Assembly (NCBI GenBank): GCA_010093605.1
Contig: MU004182.1
Location: 248,001-312,000, forward strand
Direction: 5' to 3'
From: Lophium mytilinum
Lineage: Eukaryota
DNA: 64,000 nt
Shown: positions 34,992-45,737 of the stretch, piece by piece
Position numbering within the stretch: position 1 is the stretch's first letter
Layout of the letters: the number at the start of each line of letters is the position of its first letter
Position numbers and translations under genes: made by a program
The notes under the pieces: model-generated
Told to the model about the DNA's origin: nothing
Databases searched by the model: none
Seen by the model: the letters and a program-made list of their open reading frames with translations, nothing else

Positions 34992-36083
34992 TTACTCAGT
35001 TTTCACAATCAGATTCTCAGATGGCTGGACCCGCTGCGCCCACTCCGTCCAGCTCCCATCGTATAGCCGCCGGCCTTCCTCTGGGAACCCAGCCTCCACG
35101 AGCGCGGCGTCAATGACAGCGGCTGTGACGCCGGTGCCGCAGGAGCTGATTATAGGCTTCGTGGGATCGATGCCTTTGGACTTGAAGAGAGTCTGGAGCT
35201 CAGAGGCGGGAAGGAGGGCTTTGGTAGTGGGGTCGAGGAGATCGGAGACTGGGACCGATATGGAGTAAGGGATGTGGCCTGAGGAGAGTCCTGTACAGCA
35301 CCATATCAGCACCAAAGAACTTCAAGAGCGTGCAAGGAATGAAGGGGCGTTCAAGAGGCACTCACCAGCTCTAGGCTCCGGATCCACCCCCTTCCACCGC
35401 CCCAAGCTCCTCGCATCCAAAATCTGCACCTCCTCCGCGCCCTCCTTCCCCTGCTCCCGCGCTATCTCCTTGACATCCTCAAACGCCACCACCTTCACCG
35501 CATCCAGCTCAGGCACAGGATAGTCAACCGCGTCCACCTCCGCAGGCGTCCCGCTCTCCAGCGGCAGCCCCTCCTCGCACCACAGCTTGAAGTTGTTGAG
35601 CACATGCACATTCGGATGGCCAAACACCTTCAGCGTCCACCCGACGCGCGGCGCGCTGAAGATGCCCAGCTCCTTGCTGTCGTAGACGACGACGCTGTCG
35701 TCCTTGCGGATGCCGAGCCGGCCCATGGCGGCGGCGAAGTCGGGCGCCGAGGGCAGCATGTGCGGGTACGGCGAGGCCGGGTCTTTGACGGCGTCGAGGT
35801 CGAAGAAGCGCGCGTGCGGGATGCGCCCCGCGGTGAAGGTGTCGCGGCCGGTGCGGCCGTCGTTGGGCAGGAACCAGGTCGCGCAGAGGGGGATGATGCG
35901 GGGCGCGGTGGAGAGGCGGGAGTGGATGTTCTTCTGCAGCGCGGCGTGGAGCTGCGAGGGCGTGACGAGGTAGGTGGGGAGGTGGTGCTGGGAGGAGTCG
36001 GACATAGTGCGGCGGGCTGCGGTGGTGAGAGAGAGGGAGGGGGAGAAGAGGCGGGTTGTGCGGCGGATGCTGGTGAGGAGCAT
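34992..36083 (-). CDS. TUM1: 3-mercaptopyruvate/thiosulfate sulfurtransferase (tandem rhodanese)
   Basis: RIPHARFFDLD, YPHMLP, VVVYD..GIFSAPRVGW, QILDARSLGRW.GVDPEPRAG|LSSGHIP, active-site CGTGVTA and LYDGSWTEW. Intron at 35291-35365. Confidence 0.95.
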
Positions 36084-37959
36084 GGTGGAAGCTGGAGAGG
36101 ATTGCGGTGGAGGGATTACGGGGGGTTTGGAGTAGTGGGGAGCTTGGAGAGTGGGGCAAGAGCTTGGAATTTGTAGATACGGGGGGGCAATTGAGGGTGA
36201 GGAGCTCCGGGGAAACGGGTTGCACAAAGCATGCCGATCGCAAGGAGCTCCGCACGCCTAGACTTCAAGTCGGGCCGTTGCTCACATGGCCAATTCACTT
36301 GGGGAGTGCAGACTTGGGAAGTGACGAGGGGGTTGTTGCGAGTCTTTTTCTATCAAAGGTAAGGATGGGAAGGGAATATACGTGAATTGACGACATGCCA
36401 AGCATAAATTGCGATAGGCATTACAAACTCAACACCAGATGGACCGTGCGCGGCATCCACACAGTCATCTCTACCTCTCAAGTACTATTTCAATCACATT
36501 GTTCCTCCAGATCTACCAAAAACAGATCACACGTTCAACCGGCCTCCAACATGTCACGGTAATGGCTGGTTCACTCCTCTTCTTTCCTACCGACCTGCCC
36601 ACCATTACTATGCCGAGGAGAGTTACATAAGCCCACCCATGATCTCCTTTTCTTTTAGAGTTACTAAAGTGCATTGAAGCACTCTGTTTACTAGCGAAAT
36701 GGCGTCATATGAACTTGAAGGCAATCTCATCCTTCCTCGAATGCAGCATCTCGTCTAGCGGTGTCCGCGATTGCGGTCCAGTCTGCCGTCCACCGAAATG
36801 TGCAGTTATGGGCTTCTCTGAGATCGAAGAACCTCGGAGAATACATATCGGTGCGCAGTGCAGCATGACCCCTCAGTCTTCGGCCTCGCTCAACCCTCAT
36901 TCGACGGAACAGCGCAATGAGGTTGCACGACACCAGTCTCGCATCTGCACCGACCATGCGCCCAGATTGACGCCAGCATCTGCCACTGCATTCTTGCATT
37001 ACCTTCTCCACTCGATGTTGTTTGCTAGCTCAAGCTTCTCTTATCATCTCCTTGTGATAGATCACATTGGTGGTGTAGACCCTGATTATCATCATGCAGG
37101 AGCTCGGATTTCTCTATTCAAGTGTTCTGTCTCTTCAAGCCACCATCTGCACGAAGCCGTCGGCTAGCCCTGTCTGAATATTCATCATATGCGGGCCCAG
37201 AATTGCTTCCTGCCAATGGCATCGCCTATGAACTCGGAACTCGAACGCACGTAGCCGTTTCATGGCAAACGCCCTATTAAAAGGGTGCAGATGCGATTCC
37301 CCCGGCTCTCGCCCAGCTCACTTCTGACCAGTGTTCCTGTCTCAGGGCGGCTATTCGTTGCGCAGTCAGAACACGCTTTCGATTGTATGTCAAATCTATA
37401 ACAACTCTATACTCATTATATACCCACTCTACTCTCTGGTATTCTATAGCACAGATATTGGAACTTCTAGCGAATTTGACTGAACCCGCACTTCGTCACC
37501 CTCGATCTCAATCATCGATATACTCATTGGCCCGTTGCCGTGGAGCTACGCTGTCCTAATCTGGACCTTATAAGGTCAGCTACTGTTTTCCATCTTGAGT
37601 TTAGAAAAGAGTGATTCCTGGTTCCAGCGGCATGATGTCAAATGTCATAGCCGACTTCCCGATGATTGAAAGTGCAAGCAAGCTAACGCATATCAACAGG
37701 CGGGCGACAAGGACGTAGAAGGGCGAGCCCGACTCGCCAACATGTCGTCTCTTTCTACCCAAGACAAAAGCCCGCGTAAATCACGTCGCTCGGCATCCCT
37801 CAACAGAAAGCGCTCCCTTGAAGCTGAAAGGATTCGAAGACCAATCTTTAGCCAAGAAAACGATGGCGAATCCTTTACTGGAAGACTCCCAGCCCCGACC
37901 CGGAAGATTCATATGATGTCCAAGCATCATCGGGAGCAATTTCAGATGCTGTCCCAGAT

Positions 37960-39099
37960 ATGGAAGAAGGATTTGAGGCTATATCTACATCCTACGCCGG
38001 CGCCTCCAGGATGGGCATGCGAGAGCAAATCAACCGACAAGCGTGTGACGCATTGACATCTTGTTCACCTTCTGGGGATTCGGCCCCACCACCATCGATG
38101 GAAGATGGGTGTGACGAGTCTCTAGCCCTACGAGTAGCAGCTACAAGGGTAGAGGAAGAAAGGGCTCTGTCGAAAAAGCTGCAAGAAAGGGACTCTCAGA
38201 TCGCGGCATTGATGCAGCAATCTGTAGTGAAAGCTCAGCTCCTTGAAATGTTTAGAGCCGAGAAGGACCAGGCGGAAAAGGACTATGAGGAGGCCAGCAA
38301 AAAGTGGATAAACCTTGTCCGTGAGAAACTGTTAATTGGTCGCGACGGATCTAAGCTGAAGGTGCAAATAAGAGAACAGGAAGTGTCTTGCAAGCGCCTC
38401 CAGGACAAGAACAACGATCTCCGAGCCTGTATAAAGCAACACGAGTCCAACGCCAAACTTGCCCATCGAGAAATAGAGCGGGTTCGGGGGGACCTAAAGA
38501 TCCTAGCTGATAAGCATAAAGAAAAAAGGAAAGACCTTCATGCTAGAATTGATGTACTCCAAGCGGAGTTGGACGAATCACGAGGACAAAAAGAGACGAT
38601 ACAGGCTGAGCACGAATCAAAACGAGCTCGGCCCCAAACGGCAAATGACAAGCTTCTCATCGACAACGAGAGGCTCCGACAGCGAATGGCTCAACAAGAA
38701 GACCCTCGAGAAGAGCGGCTACCGCTACAATCTCGGCCTCCAAGAAGAAGCAAACTCGAGAAAGCTCGACAATACAGGCTTGAAATCGAGCAGGAGGTCC
38801 AGAATCACATTCCTTGTAGACAGGCACGAGCTCGCCAACTCGCTGAGAGCGGCGAAATTGCAGCTTCAGAACCAGGGAACCCATCTGCAGCCGAAATCGG
38901 GAAGTCGCCGCCTCCATTTCTCTCAACAGCGCCGGTAGATGCGGTTCAGTTTGATGTTGTCACCTCCCCAGCCTCAGTCAAGTCAGAGTCTAGTGTATCT
39001 CCGGTACCGTCTGTTCGGCCCGCCCAGTCTGACGATGGGGAGCCAAGTCCGTGGGACTTATGCTTAAAGACTGGCAACCCACGTCAGAACATCGAATAG
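37960..39099 (+). CDS. Hypothetical coiled-coil protein (gene boundaries uncertain)
   Basis: 379-codon ORF with a long E/K/Q/R-rich heptad-like region. No recognised family. The upstream ORF at 37742 may be the true 5' part in another frame. Confidence 0.55.
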   Translation: MEEGFEAISTSYAGASRMGMREQINRQACDALTSCSPSGDSAPPPSMEDGCDESLALRVAATRVEEERALSKKLQERDSQIAALMQQSVVKAQLLEMFRAEKDQAEKDYEEASKKWINLVREKLLIGRDGSKLKVQIREQEVSCKRLQDKNNDLRACIKQHESNAKLAHREIERVRGDLKILADKHKEKRKDLHARIDVLQAELDESRGQKETIQAEHESKRARPQTANDKLLIDNERLRQRMAQQEDPREERLPLQSRPPRRSKLEKARQYRLEIEQEVQNHIPCRQARARQLAESGEIAASEPGNPSAAEIGKSPPPFLSTAPVDAVQFDVVTSPASVKSESSVSPVPSVRPAQSDDGEPSPWDLCLKTGNPRQNIE

Positions 39100-39524
39100 G
39101 CAAGCTCACGAAGCGACACAGTGGCGAAGTTGGGTTTAGTAGAAGGGACGGTGACTCTGTGCTGATGGTACTTAAGGTGTTGTGAGCTTTCCTTGAAGAT
39201 TTGAACGAAACGGAAGCCTTCTTGTTAATACCCCACTGGCCCACCCCAAGCGGAGCCTCTACTGATGCTGGACTTTAGGTCGGTTCTTGGCCCATGGAAG
39301 AAATTTGAGTAGTGTTGATATTAGCTTACGAATACATACTATATTCCTAATCATGGGGTGACAAACTCACACTACGCTGCAGTAGTGAAGAAGACCGTGT
39401 AAATAACGCTGCGGTGATGCCTACCAGGCTTTTTGAACATTTATGACCAAACATATACTCATACACATTTTCGGGACTCAATAACCTCCGCGCCATATCT
39501 TACACTAGCACTGCTCAATCCCGT

Positions 39525-40718
39525 CTATGAACTCTCTCTCACCCACTTACTCAACGCCCGCCTCAACTCCACTCCCGACTTCTCCAACGTCTCATAGCCC
39601 CTCTCTCCACACGCAATCTTCACCTCCTCATCATTCAACCCCGCAACACCCCCATCGCGCCTAATCAGCGCATCATCCGTCTCCAAGTACTCAAACCGCC
39701 GTCTCACACTCCACCTCAGAAACGCCGCCGGCGGATCGAAATACAGCAAGTCCCACGCGCCCGCATGCACATCCAGCTGCGCCGACATAGCCAGCAAATC
39801 CGGCTTCTCCATGACCGCAATAGCAGCCGCCAGGTCGTCCGCCGCCGGCTGCTGCGCGACATGTTTCTTAGCCTTCGCCGACGACATAAGAATGCGTTCC
39901 CTCCGCCTCGCCCGCCGCCGCTCCGCCTTCTCAGCTTCCTTCCGCGTCTGCGCCGGTATCCGACACGGGCCTGGCACCAGCGGCGTGATCCACAACGCAA
40001 CCAGCGGCATCCACTCCCCCAACAGCAGCACCAGCGCTCCGAAAGGCACTAGGCGCTTCATGTCCCCCCGCGACCGCCTCAGCAACTGCCAGTCCCCGCG
40101 CGTGATTGGCGGGAGAAGCTTTTGCGCACCGGCTTGCCCCCCCTTCCCATCCTCACCGGCCGCCATTATCGCCGTCTTCTCCCGCATCTTCCGCTTCACC
40201 TCCCCTGCGTACTTGTAGTTCTTCCTCACACGCCCGATCCCGTCCTTGTAGAAGCGGATATACGTCTTCCCCGACTTCCAGAGGTACGAGAGCCACCCCT
40301 GGCCCGGCGCGCGGGGCGCAACGTGCAATGGAGGGGGGTATGCGGTTTCGGGGGGGTTGAGGCGGAGGGTGCTTGCGTGGAGGGCGGAGGCGCGTTCAGA
40401 GTGGTCGCGCTGGCGGTCTGATGTTGAGGGTTGCGCCGCGGGGGTGGTGCTTAATTTTGGGTTTGTAGGATGCACCGGGGAGGACTTGGGATTTGTGGGG
40501 GCGGGTTTCGCGGCGGCGGCGGTGGAGGCAGAGCGACGTGAGGTGGTGAGGAGTATGGGTGATATTAGGATTGGTGGGCGAGTTATTGCGTGCGTGGGTC
40601 GGTGGTAGAGCGTAGTGGAGAGTTTTCGGGCTTGGAGAGCGTTGAGATGGCATTGGAGGGGAGAGATGCGTAGAGGAATTGGAAAAGAGAGCCCTAGAGC
40701 AGGCGGATGGAGCTTCAT
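39525..40718 (-). CDS. LETM1-like mitochondrial protein (LETMD1-type)
   Basis: Basic/hydroxylated presequence, YLWKSGKTYIRFYKDG, ITRGDWQLLRRSRGDMKRLVPFGALVLLLGEWMPL, YLETDDALIRRDGG and EEVKIACGERG. Confidence 0.85.
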   Translation of the reverse strand: MKLHPPALGLSFPIPLRISPLQCHLNALQARKLSTTLYHRPTHAITRPPILISPILLTTSRRSASTAAAAKPAPTNPKSSPVHPTNPKLSTTPAAQPSTSDRQRDHSERASALHASTLRLNPPETAYPPPLHVAPRAPGQGWLSYLWKSGKTYIRFYKDGIGRVRKNYKYAGEVKRKMREKTAIMAAGEDGKGGQAGAQKLLPPITRGDWQLLRRSRGDMKRLVPFGALVLLLGEWMPLVALWITPLVPGPCRIPAQTRKEAEKAERRRARRRERILMSSAKAKKHVAQQPAADDLAAAIAVMEKPDLLAMSAQLDVHAGAWDLLYFDPPAAFLRWSVRRRFEYLETDDALIRRDGGVAGLNDEEVKIACGERGYETLEKSGVELRRALSKWVRESS

Positions 40719-41218
40719 GGCGCCAGAGGCCCAGTACAAGACAGGAGGTTGTTGGACAAGATGAAGCGCAACAGCTCCTTTACGGAGGCACGAATAAGAT
40801 TTCTCGGTACTGTACGTCAGACGCCAGGTCGCGCCGTCATCAACCTTCGCGATTGGCGCTAGCTGTTAAGAGTGCACACGTGATGCAAAGCCTCAGTTCA
40901 AGACCATGGCTCTGAATTACCCAAGTACATTACGACAGTGAGAAGTACCCTTGATATACTTTAACAGCTCTGAACCTGCTGTCATTTGCTATCTTGATCT
41001 ATCAAGTCATGCGCTGGAGCATATTAGACGGCAAACGAGAACTCGCGATTGATAAGTTTGTGCGAATTCTTTTACTACATAGGCATAGTCAATGCCAGCA
41101 AACCCCATAACCTCCGGTTATTCCACGATTACAGTAATAGCGCCACACGTTCTCCGCCACTGAAACTCCTTGCACTATAGGGACGACCAGGGCGCTTATA
41201 TACAGAAGAAGAAATTGC

Positions 41219-43987
41219 TTACCTCCGATATTTTGCCAATTGCGCCATGATCTCATTCATGTCTGGCTGTGGTGCCGGTTGGTTTTGTGCTGGGGGAGGC
41301 CGAGACTGCAGAGGATTCGGCTGTTGGCCTCCCAGCAAGGACGCAAATGCTGGATTGTTTGCTAGAGCGGCATACGCATTCTGATCTGGTCCACCTCTGG
41401 ATGGTGCTTGTTGGCCGTAACCCTGCTGCGAAGGAGGTCCCGCAGCGGCACTCAAAAGTCGAGCCAAGTCCGGACTTAGGCCTGTCTGAGCCTGCTGAGC
41501 CTGCTGTGCGTTTGGCTGCTGTATCACACCGAGCAGCTTTTGCAATCCCGAGGTATCGAGAGAGGAAATTAGGTTGGAGAGATTTGCATTCGTAGTCGGT
41601 GGCGGAGGGCCTTGACTCGGAGGTCCATGCATTTGGGAGTAACCAGGTTGCGACAAGCTGTATCCTGATTGCGGCATGCCGTATTGTGTCGGCGTAGGGG
41701 GAGCGATGGGCAAGGCGTGAGTTTGTTTCGCATTGACAACAAGCTTAGCAGCTGTAGAGGGCTCAAGATCGGCGTATTCTACGCGTTCGGTCAGTCCTGG
41801 CGCTTCAAGAACGGTCAGGGCGAAATACCTTCATATCTGATGTTGTTCTCCCCTCCTCTCCTGTCGAATATCGTGAGCGGAATCTTGCTTGTCTCAAGCG
41901 ATCTGCGATCGAGTTTAGAGACAGCTTGAACGCCCTCCAAGATCTGCCTTCGAATAACTGCTTCCTCTGACAGACGAGGACTAAGAAGAAGGACATTGCA
42001 GCGCAGGCCTTCTCGGTGGAAGGCTCCCTCGACCCATGCAATGAAGTCCCTAGTTGAAATAGATTAGTGACGATATCTTTCAAGTGAGCCGTAAGTCGAC
42101 GAACCGAACTAGATCATCTACGACGATGACCTGAATGTCAGGAATCTCATGCAGTGCCCTTCGCGGAAGAGGCAAGTTATCTTCGGTATCTCTCCTAGGC
42201 GAAGGACTCCGGTACCTTCCTCGTCCAAATCCTGGCGGAGACCTAGATGGGCTTCTCCTCCGTCCATCATACCGATCACGACTCCTGTCTCTTCCTCGGC
42301 CGCCGCGGGCGCCACCGCCACCGCCACCTCCGCGAGGCGATGGGGAGCGTCCAGGACGATAGTCATCACGACTCCGACGGAACTCCCTGTCTCTTGGAGA
42401 CGACCCATTTGGCTGGCTGCCATACCGATCCATCCCTCGGCCTCCCTGAGAGCCTGATCCCCCTCGCGTGTATTCTGGTGATCGCGATCTACGTCGAGCT
42501 CCGGCGCCTCTAGCATTATTGCCTCCGTCGTCTGCCTTACGGGTATTGCGCTGAGGTTTAGAGATTTCGAGGTCTACAAGGGTCAGAACTGTTCACTGAT
42601 GGCCATACAGTGCACATCAAACTTACGCATCTTTCTACCCCGAATGGATTGTCCCTGCTCCGCCTGTAGAGCAGCACGACATTGATCCGCATCTAGAAAT
42701 TGGACAAAGCCATATGCTTGCTTAATTGAAATCTGTGCGAGTCTGCCGTGCCTGTAGAACCTATGGAAAATATCGCGTTTGGTGACCTTTTCCGTAGGAA
42801 GATTGCCTGGAAGATGAGCACATAGAAAGATCAGTGCAGAGGATTGAGCGCCTACCTATGAATAGCCTAGATCCGAGAGGGAACTGATCCCATTGACCAT
42901 CGGTAACAAATTTTCTCTCTTGATCCAGAAACTCGTCGTATATCTTGTTTATAGCTGGGGGCCATTTCGCATCCTCATCATCGAGTAGATCCAGGTCTTG
43001 TCTCTGGTCAATCGAGTCGCCTCGCCGGGAATTGGAAGTATTAGGGCTTTGGTTCGATTGTGTGGCGGACATTGGAGGCTGCTGTGAGTAGGCCGAACTG
43101 GAGGCCCCAGATCCGGGGGCATTGCCAGTCATCAAGGGTTTCAGGCCGGGTTGGCCACGATAGGCAGAATCGGGGGCTTTGCGGCTATGGGGATGATATG
43201 ATCTGATATCGTCTTCGGGGGCATAATTCGGATGGGTGGCGGGTTTTGCCTGGGGTGGAGGTCGAGGGGGGAGGTTGGGAGCGGGTGGTAAAGTGGACGT
43301 AGCAGCCAAAGCATTGCTGTGTGTCTGGGGAGCTTGAGAGGGAAGGGTCGCAGCAGCATTTCCATCATTTGGGGCGATGTTCCCCACGGGAGTTGAAAGT
43401 TTGTCCATTATGGCCTGGAAGACGGCCCCTCCACCACCTCCAACTCCATTCCCATAGCTCTCATTAGAGTGATCAGCGTAGCCCTGGGGAGGTTGGGGCT
43501 GTGAGTCTGCGCCGGGGTAAGGGCTACGAGCAGTAGGGTCATAGGACATGGGATAGGAAGATCGATCTTCGTGCTGGGGAGCGGAAGCGGCGTCACTGAA
43601 GGAAGCGGCGGCTTGCTGCTGTTGGGCAAATGTCTGTATTGCGGAAGTATCTTGGCTGCCCGGCGCAGCATATCCCACTGCCCTTCCATACTCATCGTGC
43701 CCGCTGGCCGAAGCGCCTCCACTTTGGGCGTTGTGGTAGACAGGCGCAGACTGAGCCTCGCCATAGTACGAGCGGAGGGCTTGGTCGCTTGGAGGGTTCT
43801 GGTGGGGAAAGGAGCTGTACGGGGAAGTGCCCTCGACACTCAGCGCGGATTCATGGAACAGAGGGTCCATTTGCTTTTCTAAGATGGGGATGTTGGACGG
43901 CGAAGGGTAGTAAACGGGCTTTGGCGACTCGGGCGTCAGAGTTTTGCCTCGAAAGTGTTCTGCTTCTTGAGGAGGGCTGGGGGTCAT
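41219..43987 (-). CDS. NAB3: RRM RNA-binding protein, Nab3-like (multi-exon)
   Basis: YDEFLDQERKFVTDGQWDQFPLGSRLFIG|NLPTEKVTKRDIFHR, then an RRM with AYGFVQFL, an RS/RD-rich region, and a C-terminal DMNEIMAQLAKYRR. Confidence 0.85.
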
Positions 43988-44406
43988 GTAGGCTAGCAAG
44001 GCGCGCGGCCTCTTCAAGCACGCACAGCCAGAGAGAGGAAGTCAACTCAAGTCATCAAGAGAGTAGCGTGGACAGAGGAAGCGCGGGCTGCGCGGGGTGG
44101 TGGTGTCTGGGAGCAGGTCAGAGGGCAGCCGTGGCCGGAGGGCGAGGCCGTGGATGAGGCGCGAGCAGCTACTGTAGTGGTAACAGGAGGAGAGAGTCAG
44201 TGCGATGGGCGGTGGGAGGACTGTGGGTGCTGTGGATTGTGGTGATGGTGAAGAGTCTTGCTGCGGTTGCGGAGCAGAAAGTGGACGAAGAACGCCATGC
44301 AGCTAGGTGGAGAAAGCCGTTTGCGCTTAGTCAGTCCATAATAAATCACGACTTTAGCCTCGCGTTTGCACAAGCATACAATCTCGCTCCATGTCTCTCC
44401 ACCACC

Positions 44407-45103
44407 ATGTTGCGCTGTCTGGCGCGTCCTCTCGTTCCGCCCGCTCCGCTTGTGTCTACGCCGTCCCTGCTGCTGTCTGCTACGCTGAGGTTCTTCGCAT
44501 CCCAGCGATCTGCGAGTGACGCGACTGCAGACGACATCCAGGCGGCGCGACGCTGGCTCGAGAAGCTCGACCCCGACACTATTCCCAAGGCCATCTGTGA
44601 TCTGTCTTTCAGCAGATCTTCGGGACCGGGCGGTCAGAATGTCAACAAGTATGCCTTTCCATACGCACTGCTGCTGCAACTTTGGCTGAGTCCTCAAGGG
44701 TCAACTCCAAGGCTACACTGAAGCTGGAAGTCAGCAAGCTGCTAGCTCACGTCCCAGGCCTGCTCCATCGTCCAATTCGCAGCTCGCGCTACTATGCGCC
44801 TCGTTCTGATTCTATCATCATACAGGCAGATGACAGCAGAAAGCAGAACGACAACACCCATAGCTGTTTTGCCAAGCTCCACAACCTCATAGTCGAGGCT
44901 GGTCGGGAGGCATTACCGGGGCAAACATCTGCTGAACAGTCTCGGCGCGTCAAGAATCTGTGCGTAGTACCGTGCTCTGTGTAGCTTCCATCCCATGCTA
45001 AACGTCCCTCAGCCAGAAAGCAGAGAACGAGCACAGGCTACATGCCAAAAAGATGCACAGCAGTAAGAAGAGTACACGACGTGCAAGTGGGAATAGTGAT
45101 TAG
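44407..45103 (+). CDS. PTH4: Mitochondrial peptidyl-tRNA hydrolase ICT1/Pth4 (RF-1 domain)
   Basis: LSFSRSSGPGGQNVNK|VNSKATL, IIQADDSRKQNDN and a basic tail RLHAKKMHSSKKSTRR. Two introns. Confidence 0.9.
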
Positions 45104-45737
45104 CTCCAATGCCTAAACAAGTCAATGGAAATGGTCCGTGGTTCTTTATGCCATATCTGAACAACGTGGCAATTGAAGAACCTAGGGGGATGTGCTAGAC
45201 TAGATATTGCACACATATTGAGCGTTGATAGCACCCTTCATCAAGCACTAAGAACCCCTACAGAGTGGTCTCTGATTCTGCCCAAGGAAAATTTCTTGTG
45301 AAGGACCTCGGGATGATGGCGTGAAGAGCACGTGAAGATGTCGTCGGGATTCCGGGCTATCCCTTTTCCGAAAAGAAGTGGTATTTTATACATCGTATCT
45401 ACTTCGAAATTAGCGGAGGAGAATATAGACAGTACATAGAGGTCATACGTTAGAAAGAGGGTGTCCTCATATCTCTAAACGAGTCTCTACACGTCTTCCT
45501 ATCCAAAGATAGTAGTCTCGAGAGTACGAGGAGCGGCCCCTGCTACCCAATGCGGAACATGCCACTTTCTAAACTTAGCTGCGGGCATCCGAATCTTGTC
45601 GCGTCCCTGAACGATGCTTCAGGAGCGTCCGCACCGACCTTCCTCGCTGTCCACATCTTCCCTCCCCCCTTCTCGACACTCCTTTCTCTTTCTTGTTCAT
45701 ATGGGGAGCTGCTAGGTGAATTGTTTCTTCGATCCTG

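Noticed and set aside
35524..36255. Overlapping 243-aa and 190-aa ORFs
   Set aside because: Alternative-frame and antisense artefacts of the very GC3-rich TUM1 exon.
36709..37167. 152-aa ORF
   Set aside because: No domain or compositional support; treated as intergenic.
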